Assembly (NCBI GenBank): GCA_050872805.1
Contig: JBNMHN010000002.1
Span: forward strand, 1-51,551
Origin: Clostridia bacterium
Lineage (GTDB): Bacteria > Bacillota > Clostridia > Christensenellales > UBA1242
Direction: 5' to 3'
Length of the DNA: 51,551 nucleotides
Made by a program: the position numbers and the translations under genes. A model generated the notes under the pieces. The model searched no databases. It worked only from the letters and a program-made list of their open reading frames with translations, and had not been told where the DNA came from. Below are positions 26,210 to 34,831 of this stretch, piece after piece. Positions within the stretch are counted from its first letter, which is position 1. Each line of letters starts with the position of its first letter.

Positions 26210-26677
26210 TATCTATATATATACTCAGTATATCCTTAGTTATTATGTAGGCATAGATACGTGCGTGTGCGTTATTTATCTTCCTATATGTATACATAAG
26301 CGTAGTATATCTAAGTATAAGCTATATACGGTGAGCGATATATATAAGAGTATAAGTGCAGTTACTAATCTAAGAATATAACCGACGGAGAGTATATCAT
26401 AGTGTAGTACGGAGCGATATACGATAGTATAAGTATATAGTGCAGTATCTAAGCTAATAAAGAGTAGATTATACGTCGTTAATAAGTGCAAGTAGTCTAT
26501 ATATAGTGTAGTAGATTATTGAGTGTGCGTTTAATAGCAAAGGCGTATATCGGGCGGGCGGACGTGTGCGCTCGTGCGCGATTAGTTATATAATAAGTAA
26601 ATACAATGATATATAGTGTATTAGTAGTTTTTAGATAAGAGCGTGCGCGATTATCTTGATTATTATGTGCTGTATAT
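26210..26677. repeat. AT-rich iteron-like repeat block (candidate replication origin or regulatory hub)
   Basis: TATATAGTGYAKTA x3 (26434, 26500, 26610); 42-nt imperfect direct repeat 26333-26374 / 26412-26453; GTGCGCGATTA x2 (26574, 26643); no plausible ORF. Confidence 0.6.
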
Positions 26678-26689
26678 GTGGAGGTGGAT

Positions 26690-26938
26690 GTGAAAACTGA
26701 ACTTAATCAAAGAGCGTGCGACAACAAAATGTACGACCGCATAATCTATGCAAATGGGTATGAGGTTTATCGTTGGAACAGTGGATTGTACGTTCTGACA
26801 AGAGAAACCGAGTATGTGTCAAATCCGTTTATGATGATAGACGGCGAGCCTGTTTTTGACTCGATGCTTTATGTAAACCCGACTACAATCAAACTTTGTA
26901 AGTCGGCGTACAAAAAATTGAACGAGGTGAAAAAATGA
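26690..26938 (+). CDS. hypothetical protein (82 aa)
   Basis: Track ORF 26678..26938; GTG 26690 preferred because of the GGAGG at 26680. Confidence 0.55.
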   Translation: MKTELNQRACDNKMYDRIIYANGYEVYRWNSGLYVLTRETEYVSNPFMMIDGEPVFDSMLYVNPTTIKLCKSAYKKLNEVKK

Positions 26939-27162
26939 AATACAAAATCACAACGGAAATATCATTTGACGGACTTCCCGATAGACAAGTAACGGAGCAA
27001 TATAAATCGATTGGATTCGCGATTCAGGCATATGAACTGTACAAAAAACAGTATCGAGGTCTTCCGTGTAGCGAATCGTTTGTCACAAAAGACAAGATTT
27101 TATTCAAAGCGCAGTGTGAAACAATGGCTGCGAGAATCATATTTGAAGTCGTGGCGGAATAG
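26935..27162 (+). CDS. hypothetical protein (75 aa)
   Basis: ORF track; ATGA overlap with the upstream gene. Confidence 0.6.
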   Translation: MKYKITTEISFDGLPDRQVTEQYKSIGFAIQAYELYKKQYRGLPCSESFVTKDKILFKAQCETMAARIIFEVVAE

Positions 27163-27198
27163 CCGTGATTATAAAAAAACATTTTGGAGGGTATCATT

Positions 27199-27801
27199 AT
27201 GCCAAGAGGAGCAAAATCAACAAAACCATCAACAATTAAGAAAATCACAGACTGCAACGAAAGCGTTTATGTGTATGCAAGATATTGCTTGCAAGGCGTC
27301 GAGATTAACAAAGATAAAGTAATCGCACGAGCAAGTTTGAAACACTGCTATGGCGATACTTTTGTGAACATCGGCAGGATAACGGGCAAAATCGTTGGCA
27401 CGGAACTCATTTTTGATACGACAGAACTTCACACGCAGAGCATCCCAGCGATTAAAACAATGGAGCGAGTGTTGGCAGATGTTCTTGCGTGGCTTGCGAC
27501 AAGAGAAGATAATGACGAACCGATTGCGGTTGCGGTCAAAGTTACGAATCCAGAAGACGCAAGCACGGACGACGACGATGACGAGGCGGAAGATGTTTCT
27601 AACGTAAAGCAAGTGTTGGTTATTCCGATGACCAAAGCGAGCAAACTTGTCGGTGCAAAAATCGGCAAAGACACAGTTTCATCTGTAAGCCTATTCACAC
27701 TTGATGGCAAGTGGCACATTGCATTTGCAATAAACGACGGAGATTGTTATGTGCAAGCAAAAACGCTGTTTGGGTGCGATGTCGAGGTGAGCGAGGAATG
27801 A
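27199..27801 (+). CDS. hypothetical protein with poly-Asp linker (200 aa)
   Basis: Track ORF trimmed to ATG 27199 (GGAGGG RBS); STDDDDDEAEDVS stretch. Confidence 0.65.
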   Translation: MPRGAKSTKPSTIKKITDCNESVYVYARYCLQGVEINKDKVIARASLKHCYGDTFVNIGRITGKIVGTELIFDTTELHTQSIPAIKTMERVLADVLAWLATREDNDEPIAVAVKVTNPEDASTDDDDDEAEDVSNVKQVLVIPMTKASKLVGAKIGKDTVSSVSLFTLDGKWHIAFAINDGDCYVQAKTLFGCDVEVSEE

Positions 27802-28052
27802 GAACAGAATTATCGGTTGGAGACCTAATCTTGTTAAAGCCGCTTAAAGATGTGCGTGGAACATATACAATGGATGTTTTGGGATTAAACGAATGGATGG
27901 AAAAACGTTTCGGTAAGTGGCACTTTGTAACATCTGTGAACACCCGCAACAATTTTACAGTTTTTGAAATCGACGACGGTTATATATATGCCAAAGATTG
28001 GATTGAGGCGAGAATAACCGAGAATGATATAGAAAACGAGGTGATTCTATGA
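27798..28052 (+). CDS. hypothetical small protein (84 aa), paralogue of 28049..28285
   Basis: ATGA overlap; shares the MR..., ILKP.KD and DW(I/V) pattern with the next gene. Confidence 0.6.
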   Translation: MRTELSVGDLILLKPLKDVRGTYTMDVLGLNEWMEKRFGKWHFVTSVNTRNNFTVFEIDDGYIYAKDWIEARITENDIENEVIL

Positions 28053-28285
28053 GAATTACAGATTTGCACTCGGGCAGTGCGATAATCCTAAAACCCAAAA
28101 AAGATTGTGTGGAAACCACTTTGTCGATTCCATATATCGGTGTTTTTGACGACAAAATTCACATTGTAAAGCGAATAGCGTTGAACGATAATTGTTTCAA
28201 AGTAATCGGTGATGATTATTGGTATCACATCGATTGGGTAAAACTGATTGTGACAGACGTTGTTGAATCAGAATTAATAATTTAG
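28049..28285 (+). CDS. hypothetical small protein (78 aa)
   Basis: ORF track; ATGA overlap. Confidence 0.6.
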   Translation: MRITDLHSGSAIILKPKKDCVETTLSIPYIGVFDDKIHIVKRIALNDNCFKVIGDDYWYHIDWVKLIVTDVVESELII

Positions 28286-28346
28286 ATTAAAGCGTGGAAG
28301 TCACGATTTAATAAAAAAATAAAAAGCCATACAGGAGGTAGATTTT

Positions 28347-28733
28347 ATGGCAAGAACAAAATCAGTATCAAAATTCACGAAATCCGATTTGAAGTCGGGA
28401 ATGGTTGTCGAGTACGCAAACGGCAAACGCAGATTGGTTGTGCTTGACTTCCTCGATGTTGGCGACGTTCTTTTTGGTTCGGGCGCAGGCGAGAGATTCA
28501 CAAAACTTGCGAATTTCAACGATGACCTCACGCACAAAACAAAAGAATCCCTTGACATCGTTGCAGTTTATGCGCACAGAACGGACAGCAAAGCAGACGG
28601 CAATCTTTACGATGACGACGAGCTCCTTTGCGATTTGACCGACGTGGACGACGATGACGATGACGACGAGGCAGCAGACGTTTCGCTTAAAGATATTTGC
28701 GACACGTTCGGCTTCAAAATCAAGCGTGTATAA
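28347..28733 (+). CDS. hypothetical acidic protein with poly-Asp tract (128 aa)
   Basis: AGGAGG RBS; DVDDDDDDDEAADVS tract similar to that in 27199..27801. Confidence 0.65.
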   Translation: MARTKSVSKFTKSDLKSGMVVEYANGKRRLVVLDFLDVGDVLFGSGAGERFTKLANFNDDLTHKTKESLDIVAVYAHRTDSKADGNLYDDDELLCDLTDVDDDDDDDEAADVSLKDICDTFGFKIKRV

Positions 28734-28809
28734 GAGGCACGCACAAAATTAGATGGGACGGGGTAAAACTCGTCCCATCACACCCCACAAAATTTTCGGA
28801 GGCATCGAA

Positions 28810-31062
28810 ATGATGACAATTAAACAAAAAAGAATCTACCATTGCTCGACCAAATCTGCGGTTCGAGAATTTTTAACACTTGCGAAAAAACAGGGATATG
28901 TTTGGAAGAACGACCGAGAAATCGATGTTGAACGAGACATATCTATTTACGATACATATGAGGCAGAAACTTGCTTCAAGACAAACACGGGCAAACTATC
29001 TTTTGGCGCAATGAGCGGTTATCAAGAAAAAGAGCCCGACCGAAAGATTGACGATTTTTTGGAGTTCCCGAAGTTCGACAAGATTTACACGAGCCACGGG
29101 AGTCAAAAAACGCTCATAAAGATGGTTCACCAACTTTACAAGGACGGATACAAGGCGGTATTGCAAGGCGCACCGCTTACACCCACTGATGTTCTATCGC
29201 TTACAACATCGGCGCAACTGTCTGATGGCTCACCTCGTGTTATTGCGGTTGACACTGAAAACAAAATCATAAGGCTTTCAACCGAGAATAGAATGAGGTC
29301 GAGAGGCTTTGATGGTTTTGATGAATTGGAAATAAATCTTCCGACACTTCCACCGATTGGTTCAATTGTCAAAATCAAAGGCGATCAAAAAAGTAGTGAC
29401 AATGTTTATATGCTTTTGGGCGAGAATGATGATTTAACAGGGGCTGTATACAATCAAGGTTGTTATTCAAAGCGTGTTGCGCCAGAAAACTGCATTTTGG
29501 TTGATGAGTCAGAGGCGAGCGACGACTTTAAGAAGATTGCGGTTGGAGATTTAGTCGCATACAAGTGCGGGATTTTCAGAGTAATAGAGAAAAAACCATT
29601 ATACATCTCGGTGACAACAGTGTATACCAAAGAGTATATCGGCATTGTGGCTCTGAACGGGAAAAATGTGCTTTTCTACAATTCTCCGATACGAGTTTTA
29701 GACGAGAACGACAAAACAAGCAAATATAAGGTCGGCGATGTATACAAAATTAACGGCTACTACTACAAAATCACAGATGCGAACAGCATTTTTGTTTCGG
29801 CAGTAAGGGCAGGGAGCACATCTGCTGAAAATTGGACGAGCGCTGATTTTGAATGTAAGAACCCGATAAGAGTAGAGTACACGCCGTTTAATCAGAATCC
29901 AGATGCAGTGGTTATGCCCGAAAGTGAACTCGGAGATTTGTGCGACAAGGCAGTCACGGTATTCAAGGAACACGGATACGAGGACGCAACTCACGACGGT
30001 GTGATGGCGTGGCTCAAAAAGTGGAACAAATCAAAAGGTTGGCTCGCAAGCATACTCCGACAACATCACGCTTGGGACGAAAAGAATTTGTGCGTATCTG
30101 ACATCTTCGAGGAAGAGCGCACGACAACCGAGAGCAAGAGATGGGATGCGGTTTTGACTTTTGCTAATTGGGTTTATCAAAATTCTACCGACCGCACATT
30201 GTACAATATACTTTGCAGTGGCGATTCAAGTTGGTGCACGCAAAGCAAGAGCGTAACATCTGCATTTAAGGAAAGAGCAGAGAAGTTAATATCTGGCGCA
30301 AAAGTAAGCGTGGGCGCAAAGTACACAAGGGCGATTCGTCAATTGTGTGGTGCGATAGGACTAACAAAGTGCGATGATTTTGAAAAACAATTCGCTACAC
30401 TTTCCGACGCTTTCTCGGACGGAAAAGTTAAGAGAAGATACTGCTTGTCAATCAACCCGCTCGACTTCTTGTTGATGTCAAACGGAAACTCGTGGAGCAG
30501 TTGCCACTTTTTGGAGTACGGAAACTCAAACAAATGTTATCAAGCAGGCACAATGTCGTACCCAATGGACAAAGTGACGATGATTTTCTTCACTATTGAC
30601 AACATTAAAGGAGATGGCGACTTCTATACATACCCGAAACTTCATCGACAACTTTTTATGTACTCGTCGAAGTTCTTAATGCAATCAAGATTGTATCCGA
30701 GCTGGACAGACAAAGCATACTCTACGCTCACGAGAGATACTGTAAGGGGCATAATCGACGAGTGCGAGGGCAACAAGGACAAAGAGGACATTTGGGGAAT
30801 GGTTAGATGGAATGTCACGAGCGGTTCGAGAAAGTTTTTCGTGACCGCACCGAAATCACTTCACTATCCAGATTATGTGTATGAGTACAACATAAATATC
30901 ATACCGAAAGCGGGCGTGTCAATTCCAGAATATTACGACGATGTGAATCCGTTTGAACTTCCCGAGATTGGCGGAACTATCGTGTGCCCTAAATGCGGAA
31001 AAGAACACAACAATAATTCACACTGTTGTTACTGCAACGAATGTCACGACAGATACTATTAA
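28810..31062 (+). CDS. large early protein of unknown function with C-terminal zinc ribbon (750 aa)
   Basis: Track ORF trimmed to ATG 28810 (GGAGG RBS); CPKCGKEHNNNSHCCYCNEC at the C-terminus; conserved-looking SINPLDFLLMSNGNSWSSCH segment. Confidence 0.75.
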   Translation: MMTIKQKRIYHCSTKSAVREFLTLAKKQGYVWKNDREIDVERDISIYDTYEAETCFKTNTGKLSFGAMSGYQEKEPDRKIDDFLEFPKFDKIYTSHGSQKTLIKMVHQLYKDGYKAVLQGAPLTPTDVLSLTTSAQLSDGSPRVIAVDTENKIIRLSTENRMRSRGFDGFDELEINLPTLPPIGSIVKIKGDQKSSDNVYMLLGENDDLTGAVYNQGCYSKRVAPENCILVDESEASDDFKKIAVGDLVAYKCGIFRVIEKKPLYISVTTVYTKEYIGIVALNGKNVLFYNSPIRVLDENDKTSKYKVGDVYKINGYYYKITDANSIFVSAVRAGSTSAENWTSADFECKNPIRVEYTPFNQNPDAVVMPESELGDLCDKAVTVFKEHGYEDATHDGVMAWLKKWNKSKGWLASILRQHHAWDEKNLCVSDIFEEERTTTESKRWDAVLTFANWVYQNSTDRTLYNILCSGDSSWCTQSKSVTSAFKERAEKLISGAKVSVGAKYTRAIRQLCGAIGLTKCDDFEKQFATLSDAFSDGKVKRRYCLSINPLDFLLMSNGNSWSSCHFLEYGNSNKCYQAGTMSYPMDKVTMIFFTIDNIKGDGDFYTYPKLHRQLFMYSSKFLMQSRLYPSWTDKAYSTLTRDTVRGIIDECEGNKDKEDIWGMVRWNVTSGSRKFFVTAPKSLHYPDYVYEYNINIIPKAGVSIPEYYDDVNPFELPEIGGTIVCPKCGKEHNNNSHCCYCNECHDRYY

Positions 31063-31077
31063 TCAGGAGATGCAAAG

Positions 31078-32355
31078 ATGAACAAGAAAACGATTGAAAA
31101 TATATTCAAAGCAACACAAACCGAGTTAAAATCAGCGCTCGAAACATATCTGACAGGCGGTGGGCGAGAGATTTTGTCGCAAGATGGATTCTTGTACTCG
31201 AAAGGCACGCACCCTGTTTTGCTCGTGGCGCATATGGACACGGTTCACAAAGAATCACCAAAAACGATTTTGTACTCAAAAGACGGAAACACTATTATGT
31301 CGTTGGAGGGAATCGGTGGCGATGACAGATGTGGAATAATTATGATTCTCGAGATTTTGCAAAAATACGATTGTTCGGTCGTGTTCTTGGAAGATGAAGA
31401 AATTGGTTGTGTGGGCGCACGCAAGTTTTGCAAGGCTGGAATCGACCTCGGCGACATAAATTATGCGGTCGAGTTTGATAGAAAAGGCGGGAACGACTAT
31501 GTGTTCTACAAAGATTACAACAAAGATTTCGAGACTCACATCAAAAAGTTCGGTTTTGTCAAAGCGACAGGCTCTTGTTCGGACATTTCACACATTGCGC
31601 CCGAGTTCAAGATTGAGGCGGTCAACATTTCGTGCGGATACTATTGCCCACATTGTTGGTATGAGTATGTGAAACTTGATGAGATGTACGACATTATTGA
31701 GCGAGCGACAAAAATGATTGGGACAAAGACCGAGAAGTTCGATTATGTCGAGCCGCAATATTCCAAAAGCGTGGTTACACCAAAAATCACGTACTTCGAC
31801 GATAACTACTACCAAACATCGTTATACGACAAAACGTGGTATCACGACAGCGTACCCAAAAAAGAAGAAGACCCGATTTGGCTCGCTCCCGACCAAGTAA
31901 TTCTCATTGTCGGTATGGAACAAGTTAAGTTCGACAAGATTTATATGGACAGCAGTGGAAAAATCTATAAAGACAAAGACTTGAAGAACGAGATTAAGAA
32001 CGGGTATCTGATAGGAACAAAATACCATTACACGCAATCGTATTGGAGCGTCACGAGAGATTACCCGAAACAAACTTACAAGTTGGGGGCAAAAGTCGAT
32101 TGCGGAAAGAAAAATCCGTACTACGTGGACTATTCACAAGCATTGTTGTGGATAGATGGCGAAGAAAAAAAGTTTGACCGAGTGTTTATTGATTCGAGCA
32201 ACACGATTTACAAGGACATTTGGCTCAAACAAAAGTACGATGGGGCAAAGTTAGTGTCGGTAATCGACGGTGGTTTCCTCGACTACAACGATATTGCAGA
32301 TTTTTATCCAGAACAAACTTATATTCTTGCGAATAACGGAGGAAAGAAAAAATGA
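31078..32355 (+). CDS. MH-clan (M20/M28/M42-like) zinc peptidase domain fused to two ~75-aa C-terminal repeats (425 aa)
   Basis: Metal-ligand-like motifs AHMDTVH, GGDDRCG, EDEEIGCVGA, SDISH; tandem repeats KFD(K/R).(Y/F).DSS..IYKD ... YP.QTY. Confidence 0.7.
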   Translation: MNKKTIENIFKATQTELKSALETYLTGGGREILSQDGFLYSKGTHPVLLVAHMDTVHKESPKTILYSKDGNTIMSLEGIGGDDRCGIIMILEILQKYDCSVVFLEDEEIGCVGARKFCKAGIDLGDINYAVEFDRKGGNDYVFYKDYNKDFETHIKKFGFVKATGSCSDISHIAPEFKIEAVNISCGYYCPHCWYEYVKLDEMYDIIERATKMIGTKTEKFDYVEPQYSKSVVTPKITYFDDNYYQTSLYDKTWYHDSVPKKEEDPIWLAPDQVILIVGMEQVKFDKIYMDSSGKIYKDKDLKNEIKNGYLIGTKYHYTQSYWSVTRDYPKQTYKLGAKVDCGKKNPYYVDYSQALLWIDGEEKKFDRVFIDSSNTIYKDIWLKQKYDGAKLVSVIDGGFLDYNDIADFYPEQTYILANNGGKKK

Positions 32356-32588
32356 GGTTTGAAAGAGGGCAAAAGGTCAAAATAATGACAAAAGATGAAA
32401 TGAAAGAGTCTAACATTCCACGTTCTGAAATCGAAAAGGTTAAGAGATATGCAGGGCAAACAATCACTATGGACGCTGATTATGATATTTGGGTGGGCGG
32501 TATGTTTTGTGCAAAAACAAATGACGAGTGCGAGCGTTTTGTGTGGATATCTGCCCGATTCCTTGATATGAGCGAGGTGGTGTTATGA
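32352..32588 (+). CDS. hypothetical protein (78 aa)
   Basis: ORF track; ATGA overlap with the peptidase gene. Confidence 0.6.
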   Translation: MRFERGQKVKIMTKDEMKESNIPRSEIEKVKRYAGQTITMDADYDIWVGGMFCAKTNDECERFVWISARFLDMSEVVL

Positions 32589-32779
32589 AATATTATGCAC
32601 ATCTTTTCACTTGGGGCGGCGACGAAGATGTTGTCGAGATTGAAAAGCGAGATATAAACGACATTGTTATTGCCGTTGAACGTCAAGCGTATGTTCGTGT
32701 CGGCAACAGAATAATCGACGGAAGTCTTTACCGCACGGTTGACATATTGGAGGCTGACATTGGAACAACGGATAAGTAG
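32585..32779 (+). CDS. hypothetical protein (64 aa)
   Basis: ORF track; ATGA overlap. Confidence 0.55.
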   Translation: MKYYAHLFTWGGDEDVVEIEKRDINDIVIAVERQAYVRVGNRIIDGSLYRTVDILEADIGTTDK

Positions 32780-32969
32780 ACAAGAACACATCTGTCAAAA
32801 GTGCGGGAGGACAATAAAGAAAGGCGAAACAGTGATTTATGCACAACCGAGAGGGCTAAAAGCGTTTTATAGGTGCGTAGATTGCGGTTTGTACCAAGAG
32901 GAGATTTTTGAAATGCAAGCCGAACAATGGCAAAGGAGAGATAACTATGGGCACAGTTGGAAACGATAA
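32739..32969 (+). CDS. possible zinc-finger protein (start uncertain)
   Basis: CQKCG...CVDCG pairs; only a TTG start is available; overlaps both neighbours. Confidence 0.4.
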   Translation: MTYWRLTLEQRISRQEHICQKCGRTIKKGETVIYAQPRGLKAFYRCVDCGLYQEEIFEMQAEQWQRRDNYGHSWKR

Positions 32970-33444
32970 TGAAAGACTCAAAATTTTGTTGTACAATGCG
33001 GTCGAATTGATTTATGACACTTGGTATTCAGATGTTGATTATGCGACATTCGTAGATGGAATAAAGGACGATATCGGAATTACGAAAGCAGAACTTGACG
33101 AAATCGGGTTCACGAGTTGGGAAGTTTGCGACGAAGTTATCGTAGAAGATGAGCCAGCCCCAAAATTTTGGGAAGATTTTACGCAAGCCGAGGCTTTTGG
33201 CACAACAAGCATACGGACGAGGTTTAATTTAGCGTTCGATAAATACAAGGACAACCCAGAGATTATGGCAGACTTAGTATCGACAACCAAAGTGAAATCA
33301 TCTACTCAAAAAGTTAGCAATCACGCTTTTTCAGAGCTTTACGATGAGTTGTGGAAAAAAGCAGAGAATTATGCTACAATGAATTATGACAGCAAAGACA
33401 TTAACGAGTTTTTGAAGTGCTTGGGAGGATATGGACTGTGCTAA
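32947..33444 (+). CDS. hypothetical acidic protein (165 aa)
   Basis: Track ORF 32908..33444 trimmed to ATG 32947 with an AAGGAGAG RBS. Confidence 0.6.
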   Translation: MGTVGNDNERLKILLYNAVELIYDTWYSDVDYATFVDGIKDDIGITKAELDEIGFTSWEVCDEVIVEDEPAPKFWEDFTQAEAFGTTSIRTRFNLAFDKYKDNPEIMADLVSTTKVKSSTQKVSNHAFSELYDELWKKAENYATMNYDSKDINEFLKCLGGYGLC

Positions 33445-33716
33445 AAAGAATAAGAATCGGTGACAGCGTAACAGGCGGTCACGGCGAAGTTTTTACAAAT
33501 GTTGATTGCATTAACGAACTGCGCGACTTCCTCAAAGCGTATGCTAATGCACGCGATGTGAACAACGACGAGGGGAAAACGTTTTTGTTTTTCGGTTGGG
33601 AGTTTGATTCAGAGGACAGACTTGTGGACTTGTTGGACTTTTTTGGTTCGTGCGTTACGGTTAGACCAGATGACATATTCGAGGTCATAGAGTTGGGAGG
33701 TGAAATACAAATATGA
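33438..33716 (+). CDS. hypothetical protein (92 aa)
   Basis: Track ORF 33417..33716; GTG 33438 preferred (GGGAGGA 8 nt upstream). Confidence 0.5.
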   Translation: MLKRIRIGDSVTGGHGEVFTNVDCINELRDFLKAYANARDVNNDEGKTFLFFGWEFDSEDRLVDLLDFFGSCVTVRPDDIFEVIELGGEIQI

Positions 33717-33817
33717 TTAGCGCTCTCGAACAATTACGAGATAAATGTGCTGGGGTTTATGAAGAATATATCCAAAAAATAATATACGAATACATAGAGG
33801 AGTTGGAAGATGAATAG
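33713..33817 (+). CDS. possible micro-ORF (34 aa)
   Basis: ATGA overlap with the upstream stop; translation MISALEQLRDKCAGVYEEYIQKIIYEYIEELEDE. Confidence 0.3.
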   Translation: MISALEQLRDKCAGVYEEYIQKIIYEYIEELEDE

Positions 33818-33977
33818 TAGACATTATGAAACACTATCGGCATTACGGTATGCAAACAGTGTTTTGGAGTATGTAAAGACAGGAAAAACAAACAACTCAC
33901 TTGTAAGACGGGAAGAATTGCGGTACAAAAAAAGAGTAGCCCGTCAGTCAAGACCGAGAAAAACGAGGATGGTGTGA
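33810..33977 (+). CDS. small basic-tailed protein (55 aa), tandem paralogue 1
   Basis: Manual translation MNSRHYETLSALRYANSVLEYVKTGKTNNSLVRREELRYKKRVARQSRPRKTRMV. Confidence 0.45.
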   Translation: MNSRHYETLSALRYANSVLEYVKTGKTNNSLVRREELRYKKRVARQSRPRKTRMV

Positions 33978-33980
33978 AGT

Positions 33981-34160
33981 ATGAAAACGCACGGACATTA
34001 TGAAACGATATCTTCGGTAAAGTATGCGTGTGGCATTGTTGACTGTTTGTACGGCAGGGAAATAAAAAACATAAAGGTAAAACAAAATCTATTCAGAGCC
34101 AAAAAACGGCAATACCGTTCAACAAAACCAAGAAGAACGAGGTGCTATTATGAAAACTAA
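33981..34160 (+). CDS. small basic-tailed protein (59 aa), tandem paralogue 2
   Basis: Manual translation MKTHGHYETISSVKYACGIVDCLYGREIKNIKVKQNLFRAKKRQYRSTKPRRTRCYYEN. Confidence 0.45.
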   Translation: MKTHGHYETISSVKYACGIVDCLYGREIKNIKVKQNLFRAKKRQYRSTKPRRTRCYYEN

Positions 34161-34560
34161 ACAAGAGCAAATCGAAAAACTTGCACAACTGATAGGGCGT
34201 ATAAAAGACGACTGTGAAAACTGCGACTGCAAGAGTTGCGAGGTAAACGGCGAAGATTGTTGTTGCGTGCATTATATATGTGCGACATTTTTGGTTGACG
34301 CAGGTTACGGAGACGTGTCCGAGTACAAAGCCGAGATTGAGCGGTTGAAATCAAATAATGGATTTTTGCAATGCGTAATATCACATAGCAAAGATATTAT
34401 GGACGAAGCGGTCAAAGAAGCGCAAATCGATGTGTTGAACAAGTTGAAAAAGAGAGCGAGGACGTCGTATGTATTGGACGATTTTATACTCGGCAGTGTA
34501 GTTTTCTCGAAAGACATAGACGAACTCATCAAGGAGGTGCAAAATGGGGAAATCTATTAA
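34150..34560 (+). CDS. hypothetical Cys-rich / coiled-coil protein (136 aa)
   Basis: ORF track. Confidence 0.6.
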   Translation: MKTKQEQIEKLAQLIGRIKDDCENCDCKSCEVNGEDCCCVHYICATFLVDAGYGDVSEYKAEIERLKSNNGFLQCVISHSKDIMDEAVKEAQIDVLNKLKKRARTSYVLDDFILGSVVFSKDIDELIKEVQNGEIY

Positions 34561-34609
34561 TGAAAACACGAATTTTATATTAATGAACTTATCAAGGAGT
34601 AGAACAATA

Positions 34610-34831
34610 ATGAAAAAATATGTAATTGTAAACAAAGAATGGAACAGCATTGCCTGCAAGGTCAAAAATGGCGGTAGACATTATAGACGACCTATTGACG
34701 ATATTGGAAAAGGTCTTGTTGTTGTCGAAACCACAAAAGGTAGAGCCGAAAGAGAACGAGATTATCTCAATGCTAACTACAATAAAGGCTGGGAAATCAA
34801 GGAAGTGCAAGATGGCGAAGATAAAGGTTGA
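34610..34831 (+). CDS. hypothetical protein (73 aa)
   Basis: Track ORF 34544..34831 trimmed to ATG 34610 (AAGGAG RBS). Confidence 0.55.
   Translation: MKKYVIVNKEWNSIACKVKNGGRHYRRPIDDIGKGLVVVETTKGRAERERDYLNANYNKGWEIKEVQDGEDKG

Noticed and set aside
26276-26491. 71-aa minus-strand ORF in the AT-rich block
   Set aside because: It is a low-complexity Leu/Tyr/Ile-rich translation of TA-rich repeats, with a TTG start and no RBS.
26210-26677. Possible CRISPR-like array in the AT-rich repeat block
   Set aside because: The repeats are imperfect and contain indels. The longest family has only two copies, and spacing and repeat lengths are irregular. No cas genes or leader-like organisation are present.
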